In this document: positions 30,289 through 39,105 of the stretch, in pieces
How the letters are laid out: every line of letters starts with the position of its first letter
Numbering within the stretch: position 1 is the stretch's first letter
From: a virus
Lineage: Duplodnaviria > Caudoviricetes
Direction: 5' to 3' (one strand)
IMG/VR virus record: IMGVR_UViG_2731957907_000001
Coordinates: 1-64,000 of that record
Length of the DNA: 64,000 bases
Program-made: the position numbers and the translations under genes
The notes under the pieces: model-generated
Seen by the model: only the letters and a program-made list of their open reading frames with translations
What the model was told of the DNA's origin: nothing
Database searches by the model: none

Positions 30289-30897
30289 ATGTCTGAGCAA
30301 CAAGAACGGGGTATTGAAGGCGTTCTGCAGGAGTTAGAGCGCGTGGGGAAGGTAGTTGATATCGCGCAGCGCGTTATCTTGGTGGGTGATACGCATCGCG
30401 CCGTATTGGCCGGCGAGCTAGGGACGAAACTGGCGCATCTTGGCCTGAAAGTCGAACTCCTCGAGCCGACGATTCCGGCCTTGCTGAAGCCCAGTGAAAA
30501 CCATGGCGATTTGTACAAGTCGTTTGCTGACGTGCTTTCGTGCCCCTCCCTGGCTCATCTGTTTGGCAGCCAGGCTGACGTGCAAGATGAGCCAGATCCA
30601 GCGCCTGAGGCTGAGCCAGAAGTCGTCCAGGTCAATGCCGTACCAGCGCCTGCACCGCCCAAGCCCAACCGCAAGGTGCTCATGAATGACCCTGCAACCT
30701 GGAGGCCCGGTGACATGTTCCAGGACAACCCCCGTCACACTTTGATGCACAAGGTGCGCAAGTGGCTTCTGGTGGACTTCGATGATTGCGGTGTCGAGCT
30801 CAAAAGCCCCAACACCGATGCAACCGAGCTGTTGCCTTTGGACATGTTCTGCCAGCGGTACGTTTTCGTCGCGCATGCGCAAAGTGGCGCCGAATAG
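30289..30897 (+). CDS. Hypothetical protein
   Basis: GGGAG RBS; downstream of late promoter. Confidence 0.65.
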   Translation: MSEQQERGIEGVLQELERVGKVVDIAQRVILVGDTHRAVLAGELGTKLAHLGLKVELLEPTIPALLKPSENHGDLYKSFADVLSCPSLAHLFGSQADVQDEPDPAPEAEPEVVQVNAVPAPAPPKPNRKVLMNDPATWRPGDMFQDNPRHTLMHKVRKWLLVDFDDCGVELKSPNTDATELLPLDMFCQRYVFVAHAQSGAE

Positions 30898-30955
30898 CCC
30901 TTGTACGGGCGTCGACAATGCACCCCTCTAATAACTCGTCTCAAGGCATCAAGCG

Positions 30956-31309
30956 ATGACTCAACAGTTTGTAAGCATTCCCCAGGTAGTGACCGCGTGG
31001 GAGCAGGAGCGCGACGGCCAAGCCGGCTACGTCGTCAAAGCAGCCGATGGCCAGACCGAATGGAAAAGCAAAGAGGCATTCGAATCTGCCCATATCGAGC
31101 TCGGCCATATCGGTCATTTGCCTCCATCTCAGCAAGCTGTCTTGGGTGAGCGTGCACAGTTGGCGGTGAACCACACCGCGCTGACCGCATTCACCAAGTC
31201 GGCCATGTTCGCTTCGGTACCGGAAGCAGAGCAGGCCCGTCTGTTGCTGCAGTTAGATGCCCAGGGCGTGGTTCACGACATCCTGCTCGAGCGTATTGCC
31301 GCGTTCTGA
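30956..31309 (+). CDS. Small phage protein (crAss001_48-like C-terminus)
   Basis: GYVV...W.SKEAFE and Q.....E...L...L..F....F...EQ..L..Q...L.ERI pattern. Confidence 0.6.
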   Translation: MTQQFVSIPQVVTAWEQERDGQAGYVVKAADGQTEWKSKEAFESAHIELGHIGHLPPSQQAVLGERAQLAVNHTALTAFTKSAMFASVPEAEQARLLLQLDAQGVVHDILLERIAAF

Positions 31310-31323
31310 TGCTTCAACGGGGC

Positions 31324-31364
31324 GGAAAGCGCCCCGATTTAGGCCATTTCCACCGCCTCAAAAT
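31324..31364 (+). promoter_or_regulatory. Putative late promoter
   Basis: GGAAAGCGCCCCGATTT box, CAAAAT. Confidence 0.65.
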
Positions 31365-31396
31365 ATCGGCTTGCACCCCCATAGCAGGCCGAGGAA

Positions 31397-33727
31397 ATGG
31401 CACTATCACCCATCGAAAAAGCCCGGCTCAGTGCCAGGTTGCTGACTCTGCGCGAGCAGCTGCAAAGTGGAGCTCTCCACGCCCTTCAAGTTGTCCGGGC
31501 CACCGCTGAGGCCCTGGATCTATTCCAGCGGCTTGGCGGCAGAGTGCCCGACACTCAAAGTGCCCCAGCTGCAGCCGATCCTGGCCAAGCCGCAGCCCTT
31601 CAAGCGCAGGACGAGCTGAGCGACGACCCCAACAGCGCCAACTACCGCTATCAAGACACGGGCTATATCTCCGGCAGCCGCAAGGAGCTGGCTGCGGCTG
31701 CGATCAAATCTGCCCGGGACTCTGGGCAGATGCTTCGCGTCACCGATATCGACTTCAAGGCCCTGGAAGAAAACCCGCGCCAGGCCCGGGAGCTCATCAA
31801 GAAGTCCAACCTGTTCGGCCAGGTGGATTGGGAAGGCCTGCAAGCTGGCGGCATGACGCCGCAGGCAGGCTACCTGGTGGATCGCGTCTACGCCGCGGTG
31901 GCGGTGATGCCCAGTGAGGATAATCCTCAGGCACGTAAATCGTATGCCTTGGGCATTGAAACGCTGCGCACTCGCCTCGAGCAGGCCAAGACGGTCGACG
32001 ACGTAACCGGCACCATGAAGGAAATCGCCGGCGAGTTGCTGGGTACCCGACTCAATGCCGAGGAGTCAGAGCGCTATACCCTTTTGGTGGCCAAAGGGCG
32101 TGAGCTGTCCGCGCAGCGCCGAGGGATCGAGGAGGCAAATACGGCGTTACAGAACGCCATGTACACGGCCAGTGCGGCAAGCGCCAAGGCCCAGCACGCC
32201 TATGACCATCGGATCAAGCGTGGCTGGAAGATCGAGCCAGAGCACGAAAAGTCCGTGGCTGACGCGGCTGCAGTCTACGACCAGGCCAAAAAAGCATGGG
32301 GCGACGAGCTGGCAGCCACCAGGGATGAAATCAGCAGCCTGCGCGAGCAATACAACGACGTTTGGCAGGAACAGCAGGCCATTACCGATGCGGCCCAGGC
32401 GCGCAACCTGAAAAGTCCTGAGGCGCAGGCCTGGGCATCGCTGGGCGAGCGGTTCATCAAAGCGACCATGTACCGCAAGTTGCGGGGGTCAGATAGCTTC
32501 GCGGGCCATGTAGCAAACGCCAAGGCAGGCGATCCCCCAAGCTGGGACTGGGCCACCAAGGAAAGAGCCAAACCAGTCAAGCGAGCCAGCAAGAAGCGAA
32601 TAACCTTCACCCTGAAAGTGGTTGAGCAGTTCGAGCGGGTTGGTGGCCGGCCGGTGGCAGTGGCCTCAACCCGGGAACTGGAGCGGCTTTGTGGTTTCCG
32701 CGCCGTGCAGTCGGGTAACTGGGTGCTCAGCGACTTTGTCAGCGCCAAGTGGCATGTAGAGCAGACAGCGGGCGCCATGCAGGACATGGCTGATGTCCTC
32801 GGCATTAACGAGGAGTACTTGGGCTTTGGTGGGCGCCTAGCCATGGCTTTTGGTGCGCGCGGCACCGGCGGCAAAGGCGCGGCCGTGGCCTCGTATGACC
32901 CCATCGAACGCGTCATCAACATGACGAAGATGAACGGCGGGGGCAGCCTTGGGCATGAAGTACTTCACGCGCTGGACAACATCCTGCCGAGCCTTCTTCG
33001 GGGTGAAGAAGGGACCAGCGGCGAGTACGCCACACTCAACCCTGAGGTGATGCCAGAAGGCCCCATACGCACTCGCATGTACGAACTGCAGGATGCCATG
33101 GCCACCGGTGCTGTGCGCCTGACCGAAACCATCAAGATCAATCCCAGCGCCCGGGCCACCGCCAAGTTCAACTTGGACGGGCGCGACAACCTGCGCGGCG
33201 TAGCACTGGCCATCAAGCAAGCCGGAAGTGTCGAGCATGCCGTAATGGCCGTAGACGATGCTTTTGGGGAGCCGAAGGTAAAAAGTCTGCAGAAGCAAAA
33301 GGCTCAGTGGCGAACGCTGGCCGCGGCCTACTACGCCCCCGATGACGCGACCGAGGTAACTGCCGCCACCGGCATCCCTGTGTCGGACTTCTACCGCGAG
33401 GCCCTGAACCTGGACGAAGGCGTGGCCGGCAAATACTGGTCGCAGCCTCATGAAATGGCCGCCCGCGCTTTCCAGGCCTACTTGGAGGATCGATTGGCTG
33501 AGCAGGGGCGCAGGAATGATTACCTGAGCTGCTTGGCGGACAACAAGCACCACCACTTTCCCGAACTGGGTATGCCGTTCAAGCCCTATCCCGAGGGCGA
33601 TGAGCGCGTGCGCATCAATGCGGCATTCGACCAGTTGTTCAAGACCCTGCGCGATGAGAAGGCGTTCGAGAAGGCCATGACACAAACCGCGCTGCTGGAT
33701 GCCATCTTTGGGGTAAGCAATGACTGA
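31397..33727 (+). CDS. Polyvalent protein with LPD1 / zincin-like metallopeptidase domain
   Basis: FRAVQSGNW, LAMAFGARG, GSLGHEVLHALD (HExxH), YWSQPHEMAARAFQAY, YPEGDER..IN.AFD. Confidence 0.8.
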   Translation: MALSPIEKARLSARLLTLREQLQSGALHALQVVRATAEALDLFQRLGGRVPDTQSAPAAADPGQAAALQAQDELSDDPNSANYRYQDTGYISGSRKELAAAAIKSARDSGQMLRVTDIDFKALEENPRQARELIKKSNLFGQVDWEGLQAGGMTPQAGYLVDRVYAAVAVMPSEDNPQARKSYALGIETLRTRLEQAKTVDDVTGTMKEIAGELLGTRLNAEESERYTLLVAKGRELSAQRRGIEEANTALQNAMYTASAASAKAQHAYDHRIKRGWKIEPEHEKSVADAAAVYDQAKKAWGDELAATRDEISSLREQYNDVWQEQQAITDAAQARNLKSPEAQAWASLGERFIKATMYRKLRGSDSFAGHVANAKAGDPPSWDWATKERAKPVKRASKKRITFTLKVVEQFERVGGRPVAVASTRELERLCGFRAVQSGNWVLSDFVSAKWHVEQTAGAMQDMADVLGINEEYLGFGGRLAMAFGARGTGGKGAAVASYDPIERVINMTKMNGGGSLGHEVLHALDNILPSLLRGEEGTSGEYATLNPEVMPEGPIRTRMYELQDAMATGAVRLTETIKINPSARATAKFNLDGRDNLRGVALAIKQAGSVEHAVMAVDDAFGEPKVKSLQKQKAQWRTLAAAYYAPDDATEVTAATGIPVSDFYREALNLDEGVAGKYWSQPHEMAARAFQAYLEDRLAEQGRRNDYLSCLADNKHHHFPELGMPFKPYPEGDERVRINAAFDQLFKTLRDEKAFEKAMTQTALLDAIFGVSND

Positions 33728-36131
33728 TCTAAGCACCGAAAGCATTTTGACGCCTATAGCACTAGCGCGCCTTAGTGCTGAATTATCTACTATCCGAGAA
33801 AGGCTGACAGCGAACGATATAGCGCCGCTGGAACGCGTGCGTCTTGCGGCCCGCGGGCTGAAGATCCGAAATCTGCTGGGTAACGCTCAGTCGGTGGGCC
33901 AGGACGAACCCGAAGCAGGCCCGGCTGCCCAAATCCCGCCGCAACAAGCTGATGCCAAGCTTCTCGAGCTGAGCGGTACCGAGTTTGGTGAATTCCCCGA
34001 CACACCTGAGGGAAAAAAGGAGTTGCGAGCAGCGGCCAAGGCCTTCCTTGAAAGCATCCGCGGGCAAATGGTTGATTGCCCAGTGCTGGGTGGAAAGGTC
34101 GAAATTCGTCAGCGCGGCATCAAAGAAACGATGGCGTTCAGTGGCAACCCAAAAAAGCTGAAGCTACTACATGCGGTACCGCAGATCATCAGACAAGCGA
34201 CTGCCGCCGAGCGTAGTGAAAACCACAAGCGGGACAAGAAAACTACGGTGGAAGCGTACTTCTACCTGAAGGCGACGGTTAAGCTCGCTGGTGAGCCGAT
34301 CGCGGTTCGGTTGGTAGTGGAGCAAGATGTAAGTGGCCAGCTGTATTACGACCTGCTAGTCGAGCCGCCAAAAGAAAAGGCGATGCTGGACTCGAATGAA
34401 TGTTCCCCTGATCACTATTCAGGGCATTCACTCGGCACAGGCACCGCCTCAATGAGCCAACGTTCCCCCGATCACAATTCGGGGCATTGGCTCGATTCCA
34501 GTGTAGAGCATGGCGTCGGCGTTGTCATGCTCGATGATGCTGGCCATTTGGTGCTGAACCTGTTCATGGACGGTGAGGTACTGACGCCAGAGGCTGAACA
34601 GGCACCTTCCCAACCGGCGCCGGAAATCATCGAGTACACCACGAAGAAAGGCAAAGTCTTGCGCGGCATCATTCGCACGGACTTGACCCTGGTCCAGGCC
34701 AAGGCAATCGATCCCTACACGTGGAAGATGAACGGCGGCTATTTCATCCGTGAGAAGCACCTGGGCGGCGATACTGGCCACATCCAGGCAGCTCCCGCGC
34801 CAGTGGTGATGACAGCAGAGCAGCAGGCCGAAGCTATGGCCACCGCACAGCGCCAGGCTGAAGAACGCGCCAGGGCCTTGCTGGCCAACCAGGTGGAGAA
34901 ATTGCGCCAGGTTGCAAACAAGGCCATTGGCGATGCTGATGACAGCTTGGGTGCTGATCGCAAGACCAATACGGCCAAGCGCGCTCGCGAAGCAGGTTAT
35001 GCCTTGGAAAAGGCAGCTGCGAACAAGGCTGCTGGGCATACGCTCAGCAATATTGCGGATGCGATCGAAGTCGGCTCTGGTGGCGCCTTGGCCAAGCTCG
35101 CGAGTCGTGCGCAGCTTGATCAGCTGCAGCGCGCCATGGGTGCGGCTCAATATGAATCTGACCGGTCGCTGACTTACTCTGATCAGCAGCGGCGCAAAGG
35201 CCGACCGTTTGACGACAACGACTTGCGCAACGTGAAGTTCCCGCGGCCGCAGTCATGGGGCAACCGTTTTTCCAACGCAGCCGAAACAATGGCCAAGAAG
35301 GCACCGACCGGGAACAGCCGGTTGATCGCCGCTCTGAAGAAGATGGGTACGGAACGAGGAGAGCGGTTTCCCTTGCGGCCGGAGGACATCGCCATTACCC
35401 GCAAGGCTGCTGCCGTCCTGAAGCAGGTGGGAGAGAACTGGGACCTGAAAGACCCGATGGAGGCGATTGCCGCAGCTGATCGCCTGGAAAGGATGGGCAT
35501 CACTGACACGGCCTCGCTGCAGGCGGCTATCCGCGAATTGGTACCGCTGATGGCCGAGAAGGTGAAGGAAGACCCCGTGAAGGTGGCCGAGCGGGCAATC
35601 ATTGGCCAGAAGGTCGGCATCGACTTCTTCCCAACGCCCGCGCACGTTGCCCAGCGCATGGCGCGCTTGGCCCATGTCAAGGAAGGCATGCGGGTTTTGG
35701 AGCCAAGCGCAGGCAATGGAAACCTGGCCGATGCAGCCAAAGCTGCTGGGGGCGTAGTTGATGTGATCGAGATTTCTGGGTCGCTTCGCGACATCCTGAC
35801 TGCCAAAGGCTACAACGTGGTTGCCCATGACTTCGACGGCTTCACGCCCGACCAGAAGTACCAGGCCATCCTGATGAATCCGCCCTTCAGCAACCGCCGG
35901 GATGCGGCGCACATCATGCAAGCCTTTGAAATGCTGGCCGGTGGCGGAACCTTGGTGGCGATCGCTGGCGAAGGCGTGTTCTTTGGTAGGGACCAAAAGG
36001 CCCAGGCTTTCCGGGACTGGCTTGATGCCCATGGGGCCGAAGTCGAGCAGCTGGACGGGGGAACGTTCCAGGACAACGCCCTGCTGGCGCAAACCAGCGC
36101 TAACGCGCGATTGATCGTGCTGCGCAAGTAG
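33720..36131 (+). CDS. Polyvalent protein: LPD3 (BECR nuclease-like) domain + C-terminal N6-adenine methyltransferase
   Basis: N-terminal VEIRQRGIKE...VPQII...ENHK...YFYL...LYYD (LPD3-like); C-terminal DFFPTP, VLEPSAGNG, MNPPF. Confidence 0.75.
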   Translation: MTDLSTESILTPIALARLSAELSTIRERLTANDIAPLERVRLAARGLKIRNLLGNAQSVGQDEPEAGPAAQIPPQQADAKLLELSGTEFGEFPDTPEGKKELRAAAKAFLESIRGQMVDCPVLGGKVEIRQRGIKETMAFSGNPKKLKLLHAVPQIIRQATAAERSENHKRDKKTTVEAYFYLKATVKLAGEPIAVRLVVEQDVSGQLYYDLLVEPPKEKAMLDSNECSPDHYSGHSLGTGTASMSQRSPDHNSGHWLDSSVEHGVGVVMLDDAGHLVLNLFMDGEVLTPEAEQAPSQPAPEIIEYTTKKGKVLRGIIRTDLTLVQAKAIDPYTWKMNGGYFIREKHLGGDTGHIQAAPAPVVMTAEQQAEAMATAQRQAEERARALLANQVEKLRQVANKAIGDADDSLGADRKTNTAKRAREAGYALEKAAANKAAGHTLSNIADAIEVGSGGALAKLASRAQLDQLQRAMGAAQYESDRSLTYSDQQRRKGRPFDDNDLRNVKFPRPQSWGNRFSNAAETMAKKAPTGNSRLIAALKKMGTERGERFPLRPEDIAITRKAAAVLKQVGENWDLKDPMEAIAAADRLERMGITDTASLQAAIRELVPLMAEKVKEDPVKVAERAIIGQKVGIDFFPTPAHVAQRMARLAHVKEGMRVLEPSAGNGNLADAAKAAGGVVDVIEISGSLRDILTAKGYNVVAHDFDGFTPDQKYQAILMNPPFSNRRDAAHIMQAFEMLAGGGTLVAIAGEGVFFGRDQKAQAFRDWLDAHGAEVEQLDGGTFQDNALLAQTSANARLIVLRK
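34370..34493 (-). ncRNA. Putative antisense small RNA embedded in the LPD3-MTase ORF
   Basis: Minus-strand ATGACA-17-TACACT promoter, two covarying hairpins with 60-nt period, terminal 10-bp stem plus U-tract. Confidence 0.65.
34500..34528 (-). promoter_or_regulatory. Sigma70 promoter of embedded sRNA
   Basis: -35 ATGACA (34528-34523), 17-nt spacer, -10 TACACT (34505-34500). Confidence 0.65.
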
Positions 36132-36141
36132 CGAAAACCAT

Positions 36142-36182
36142 GCAAACCCCCCGAAAATCGGGGGGTTTCACGTCTTTACCAT
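36142..36182 (+). promoter_or_regulatory. Putative late promoter
   Basis: GCAAACCCCCCGAAAAT box, TACCAT. Confidence 0.75.
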
Positions 36183-36233
36183 CACTGCTGAAACGACACG
36201 GGCGCAGCCCATCATCAGCATTGAAGGTAACGT

Positions 36234-37928
36234 ATGTCCAAACATATTTACGCTCCAAATTCCGGTCTGCAGGACACGGAATACAAGGTTGCCGCCCTCG
36301 TCGGCGCCGTCAGCGACGGCAATGGCAACATGCTCGACAGTACTAACGCCCAGTCGGTCGACGTGATCAAAAACGTCGTATCGGATGCCCGAAAGCTCCT
36401 GCCGCCGCGCCTGGCGAAGGTGCTGGACCAGATCGACAAAGACGAGCACAAGGCCCTGGCCGTGCAGAGCCTGCTGGACGGCGTTGCAGCCTTCGAGCGT
36501 GAGCACGGTTTCGCCCCGTCTGCCGACATGATCGATGCGGCTCTGTCCCAGGCCGAGCACGTTGCCGACGGCAAGAGCACCCTAGTACTGCCTGACGGCT
36601 ACACCCTCGACGCCGTTAGCGACAACAACGCGTCGGCCACCCTGGCTCACCAACCGAACCGTATCGCGGTCGCTATCACTGGCGCCCTGTCCGAAGCGAT
36701 CCCGTTCGGCGCCTACCTACCGTCGGACCTGAAGTCCAACGAATCCCGCCTGTCGATCATCAGCGCCATCGCCGGCTCGAACTTCGGCGCTTACAAGGCC
36801 GGCGACATTCTTGACGGTACCTCCGGTGGCCAGGTCTATACCCGTTCCGAGCGTATGGTTTCGGCTGACATCGCCGCCGATCGTGCCACCGCTACTTTCA
36901 AAATCACCGCCCGCACTGGCGGTCTGGGTGACGCAGTGCCATTGCTGCGCAGCCGTACCGCTGTTTTCATCGACGGCTTCCCAGTAGCCCGTGAGCAGTC
37001 CTCCGACAGCGGTACTGCAGTTCAGCTGCTGTCTGGTCAGGCCGTCGTTGGCGGTTCCAACTACGTGATCACCGGCCAGGTAAACGTTGAAACCGGTGTG
37101 GGTTCGGTTGCGTTCAACCCGGTTCTGCCGGCTGGCGTAGTGGTCGAGGTGCAGGGCTTCATCGACTTCGAGAAGAAGCCGGACCTGATCCCCGCCATCA
37201 ACACCCGTGCCGTCAGCTACAGCCTGTACTGCTCGGCCAGCCGCGTGATGATGTCCGTCACCCCGGATAGCCGTACCCAGACCCAGGCCGAACTGGGCGC
37301 CGATGGCCTGACCATCGCCGTGCAGGCCGCCCGTACCCAGGCTGCGAACGAGCGCTACATCATGGCGCTGCGCAAGGCCAAGGGCATGGCACGCCGTACC
37401 AGCCGCGAATACGACTTCGACGCCGATCGCCAGCTGGTCGAGAAGACCCGCGCGATGATCTGGCGTGACTTCGGTTCCTTCATGGCCCGTGTTGACCAGG
37501 AAGTGGCCAACCAGACCATGGAGTACGGTCTGGAGATGATGTACGTGGGCGACATCGGCATGTCCCAGTTCCTGTCCATGGACAGCACCGACTTCGTGCC
37601 GTCGGGTATCGCTTCTCGCCCAGGCATCTACCTGCTGGGCCGCTACAAGGGCAAGTATTCGGTGTACTACGACCCGTATGTGGTTGAGGAAAGCGAGAAC
37701 GCAATCGAAATCCTGTGCATCGGCCGCTCCCCACAAGTCGCGCGCAACCCGATTGTGTTCTCGGACGCAGTACCGCAGACCCTCATCCCGCTGGCGATCG
37801 ACAAGACCCTGGTCAGCGGCGCCGCGCTGTACTCCCGCTCCCTCACCGAGGTGAACCCGCATCTGCAATCGGCCATCGGCTGTGCGCTGATCAAGATCAC
37901 TAACATCTACGCCCTGGGCGGCAACTAA
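36234..37928 (+). CDS. Major capsid protein (P1 gp23-like)
   Basis: 564 aa, strongly biased codon usage, heads the sheath/tube cluster as in P1. Confidence 0.75.
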   Translation: MSKHIYAPNSGLQDTEYKVAALVGAVSDGNGNMLDSTNAQSVDVIKNVVSDARKLLPPRLAKVLDQIDKDEHKALAVQSLLDGVAAFEREHGFAPSADMIDAALSQAEHVADGKSTLVLPDGYTLDAVSDNNASATLAHQPNRIAVAITGALSEAIPFGAYLPSDLKSNESRLSIISAIAGSNFGAYKAGDILDGTSGGQVYTRSERMVSADIAADRATATFKITARTGGLGDAVPLLRSRTAVFIDGFPVAREQSSDSGTAVQLLSGQAVVGGSNYVITGQVNVETGVGSVAFNPVLPAGVVVEVQGFIDFEKKPDLIPAINTRAVSYSLYCSASRVMMSVTPDSRTQTQAELGADGLTIAVQAARTQAANERYIMALRKAKGMARRTSREYDFDADRQLVEKTRAMIWRDFGSFMARVDQEVANQTMEYGLEMMYVGDIGMSQFLSMDSTDFVPSGIASRPGIYLLGRYKGKYSVYYDPYVVEESENAIEILCIGRSPQVARNPIVFSDAVPQTLIPLAIDKTLVSGAALYSRSLTEVNPHLQSAIGCALIKITNIYALGGN

Positions 37929-37940
37929 GGGGGTCAGGTC

Positions 37941-38741
37941 ATGGCGACTACCAAGGGTACGTCCAAAGCGAAAGCAGCGAAGACCGCCAGCGTAGATACC
38001 GTCCAGACCTCAGAAAACGGCGCTTCGGCGCCGGTTTCTTTGGCAACAGATACGGTTGGCGACGTAGGCACAGACGGTGCAAATCAACAGCCTGGGGGCG
38101 GCGATGAAGGCGATGCGCGAGTTGCTTCAACTGACAGCGATGCTGGTGCTGTGGCTGGTGGTGGTGACGGTGCTGATCAAAGTGACGGGGCCTTACCTGG
38201 ACCTGGTGATGCCAGCGCTCATGGTGCTGGGGAAAACTCTGGTAGCCCTGATGCTACTGCCGATGATGCTGGCGATAGCGCTGGTGGTCCTGCTGGTAGC
38301 GGTAGCGATGCTGACTTGCCTGGGGGCACTGATTCTTCATCGAGCGGGCAGGTAGACGACGCCGTTGGTAATGAGCAGGAAGCGGTCACGGCGATCGGCG
38401 GCGCCTTGCACGGCAGCGGTATTGGCGATGCGCTGCTGGCGCTGCTGCAGCAAGGCGAAACCGTGCAAACCCCCTCAGAACAGGGCCCCGACGCGGCTGT
38501 AACTTCTTCTTCGTGGAGCATGCCGCAGATCGAGCGCTTCCCGGCGCAGATCACCATCAAGAACAACACCCCCAGTCGGGTGGTTGTCTTGGGCCTGCGG
38601 CTTGAGCCCTATACCGAGTCGGACGGCATGGTCAATGAAGCCACCTATGACCGTCTCGCAAATTACCTGGCCAAGCATGCGCGCTTGGGCGGTTGGGACC
38701 ACAGCACAGGCGTACAGGTGACACATGACAGTGAAGATTAA
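37941..38741 (+). CDS. Hypothetical virion-associated protein with acidic low-complexity region
   Basis: GGGGG RBS after capsid gene; G/D/A-rich centre. Confidence 0.6.
   Translation: MATTKGTSKAKAAKTASVDTVQTSENGASAPVSLATDTVGDVGTDGANQQPGGGDEGDARVASTDSDAGAVAGGGDGADQSDGALPGPGDASAHGAGENSGSPDATADDAGDSAGGPAGSGSDADLPGGTDSSSSGQVDDAVGNEQEAVTAIGGALHGSGIGDALLALLQQGETVQTPSEQGPDAAVTSSSWSMPQIERFPAQITIKNNTPSRVVVLGLRLEPYTESDGMVNEATYDRLANYLAKHARLGGWDHSTGVQVTHDSED
38465..38505 (+). promoter_or_regulatory. Putative intragenic late promoter for the sheath operon
   Basis: GCAAACCCCCTCAGAA box, TAACTT at the conserved spacing. Confidence 0.55.
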
Positions 38742-39105
38742 TCGCGACTCAGGGGCGAATCCGCGCCCGCTGATTGAATCGTTGGTAAAGGGCCAGAGCT
38801 ACCCCTTTGTGGCCACGCTGAAGCATTCCAACACCTTCCCCTTGGTTGTGCCTTCTGCGGGTGTGACGGGGGTTATTCAGCGTGACGAGCCTACACCTGT
38901 CCGCATTCGCAGCTTCGACCAGGCCTGGAACCTCATCGTCGACTTGGCCGAACTGGCCAAGCTGGCCAGTGGTGCAGGGGGTGAGTCGGCCGAGGGCCCG
39001 CCTGCCTTCGCTGAGCTGGAAACATCCGCCTCAACCAAGGCCAAGAACCGCCGAGCAGCCGCTACTGACGAGCCCGCACAAACCACAGCCCCGGAGGGTG
39101 TGTAA
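38725..39105 (+). CDS. Hypothetical protein
   Basis: Coupled to sheath gene. Confidence 0.6.
   Translation: MTVKINRDSGANPRPLIESLVKGQSYPFVATLKHSNTFPLVVPSAGVTGVIQRDEPTPVRIRSFDQAWNLIVDLAELAKLASGAGGESAEGPPAFAELETSASTKAKNRRAAATDEPAQTTAPEGV

Noticed and set aside
34378-34504. Plus-strand pseudoknot or -1 frameshift signal (A_AAG plus hairpins) as the explanation of the twin hairpins
   Set aside because: Not excluded, but the minus strand fits better: A-C mismatches become G-U, and a promoter and U-tailed terminator bracket the structure exactly.
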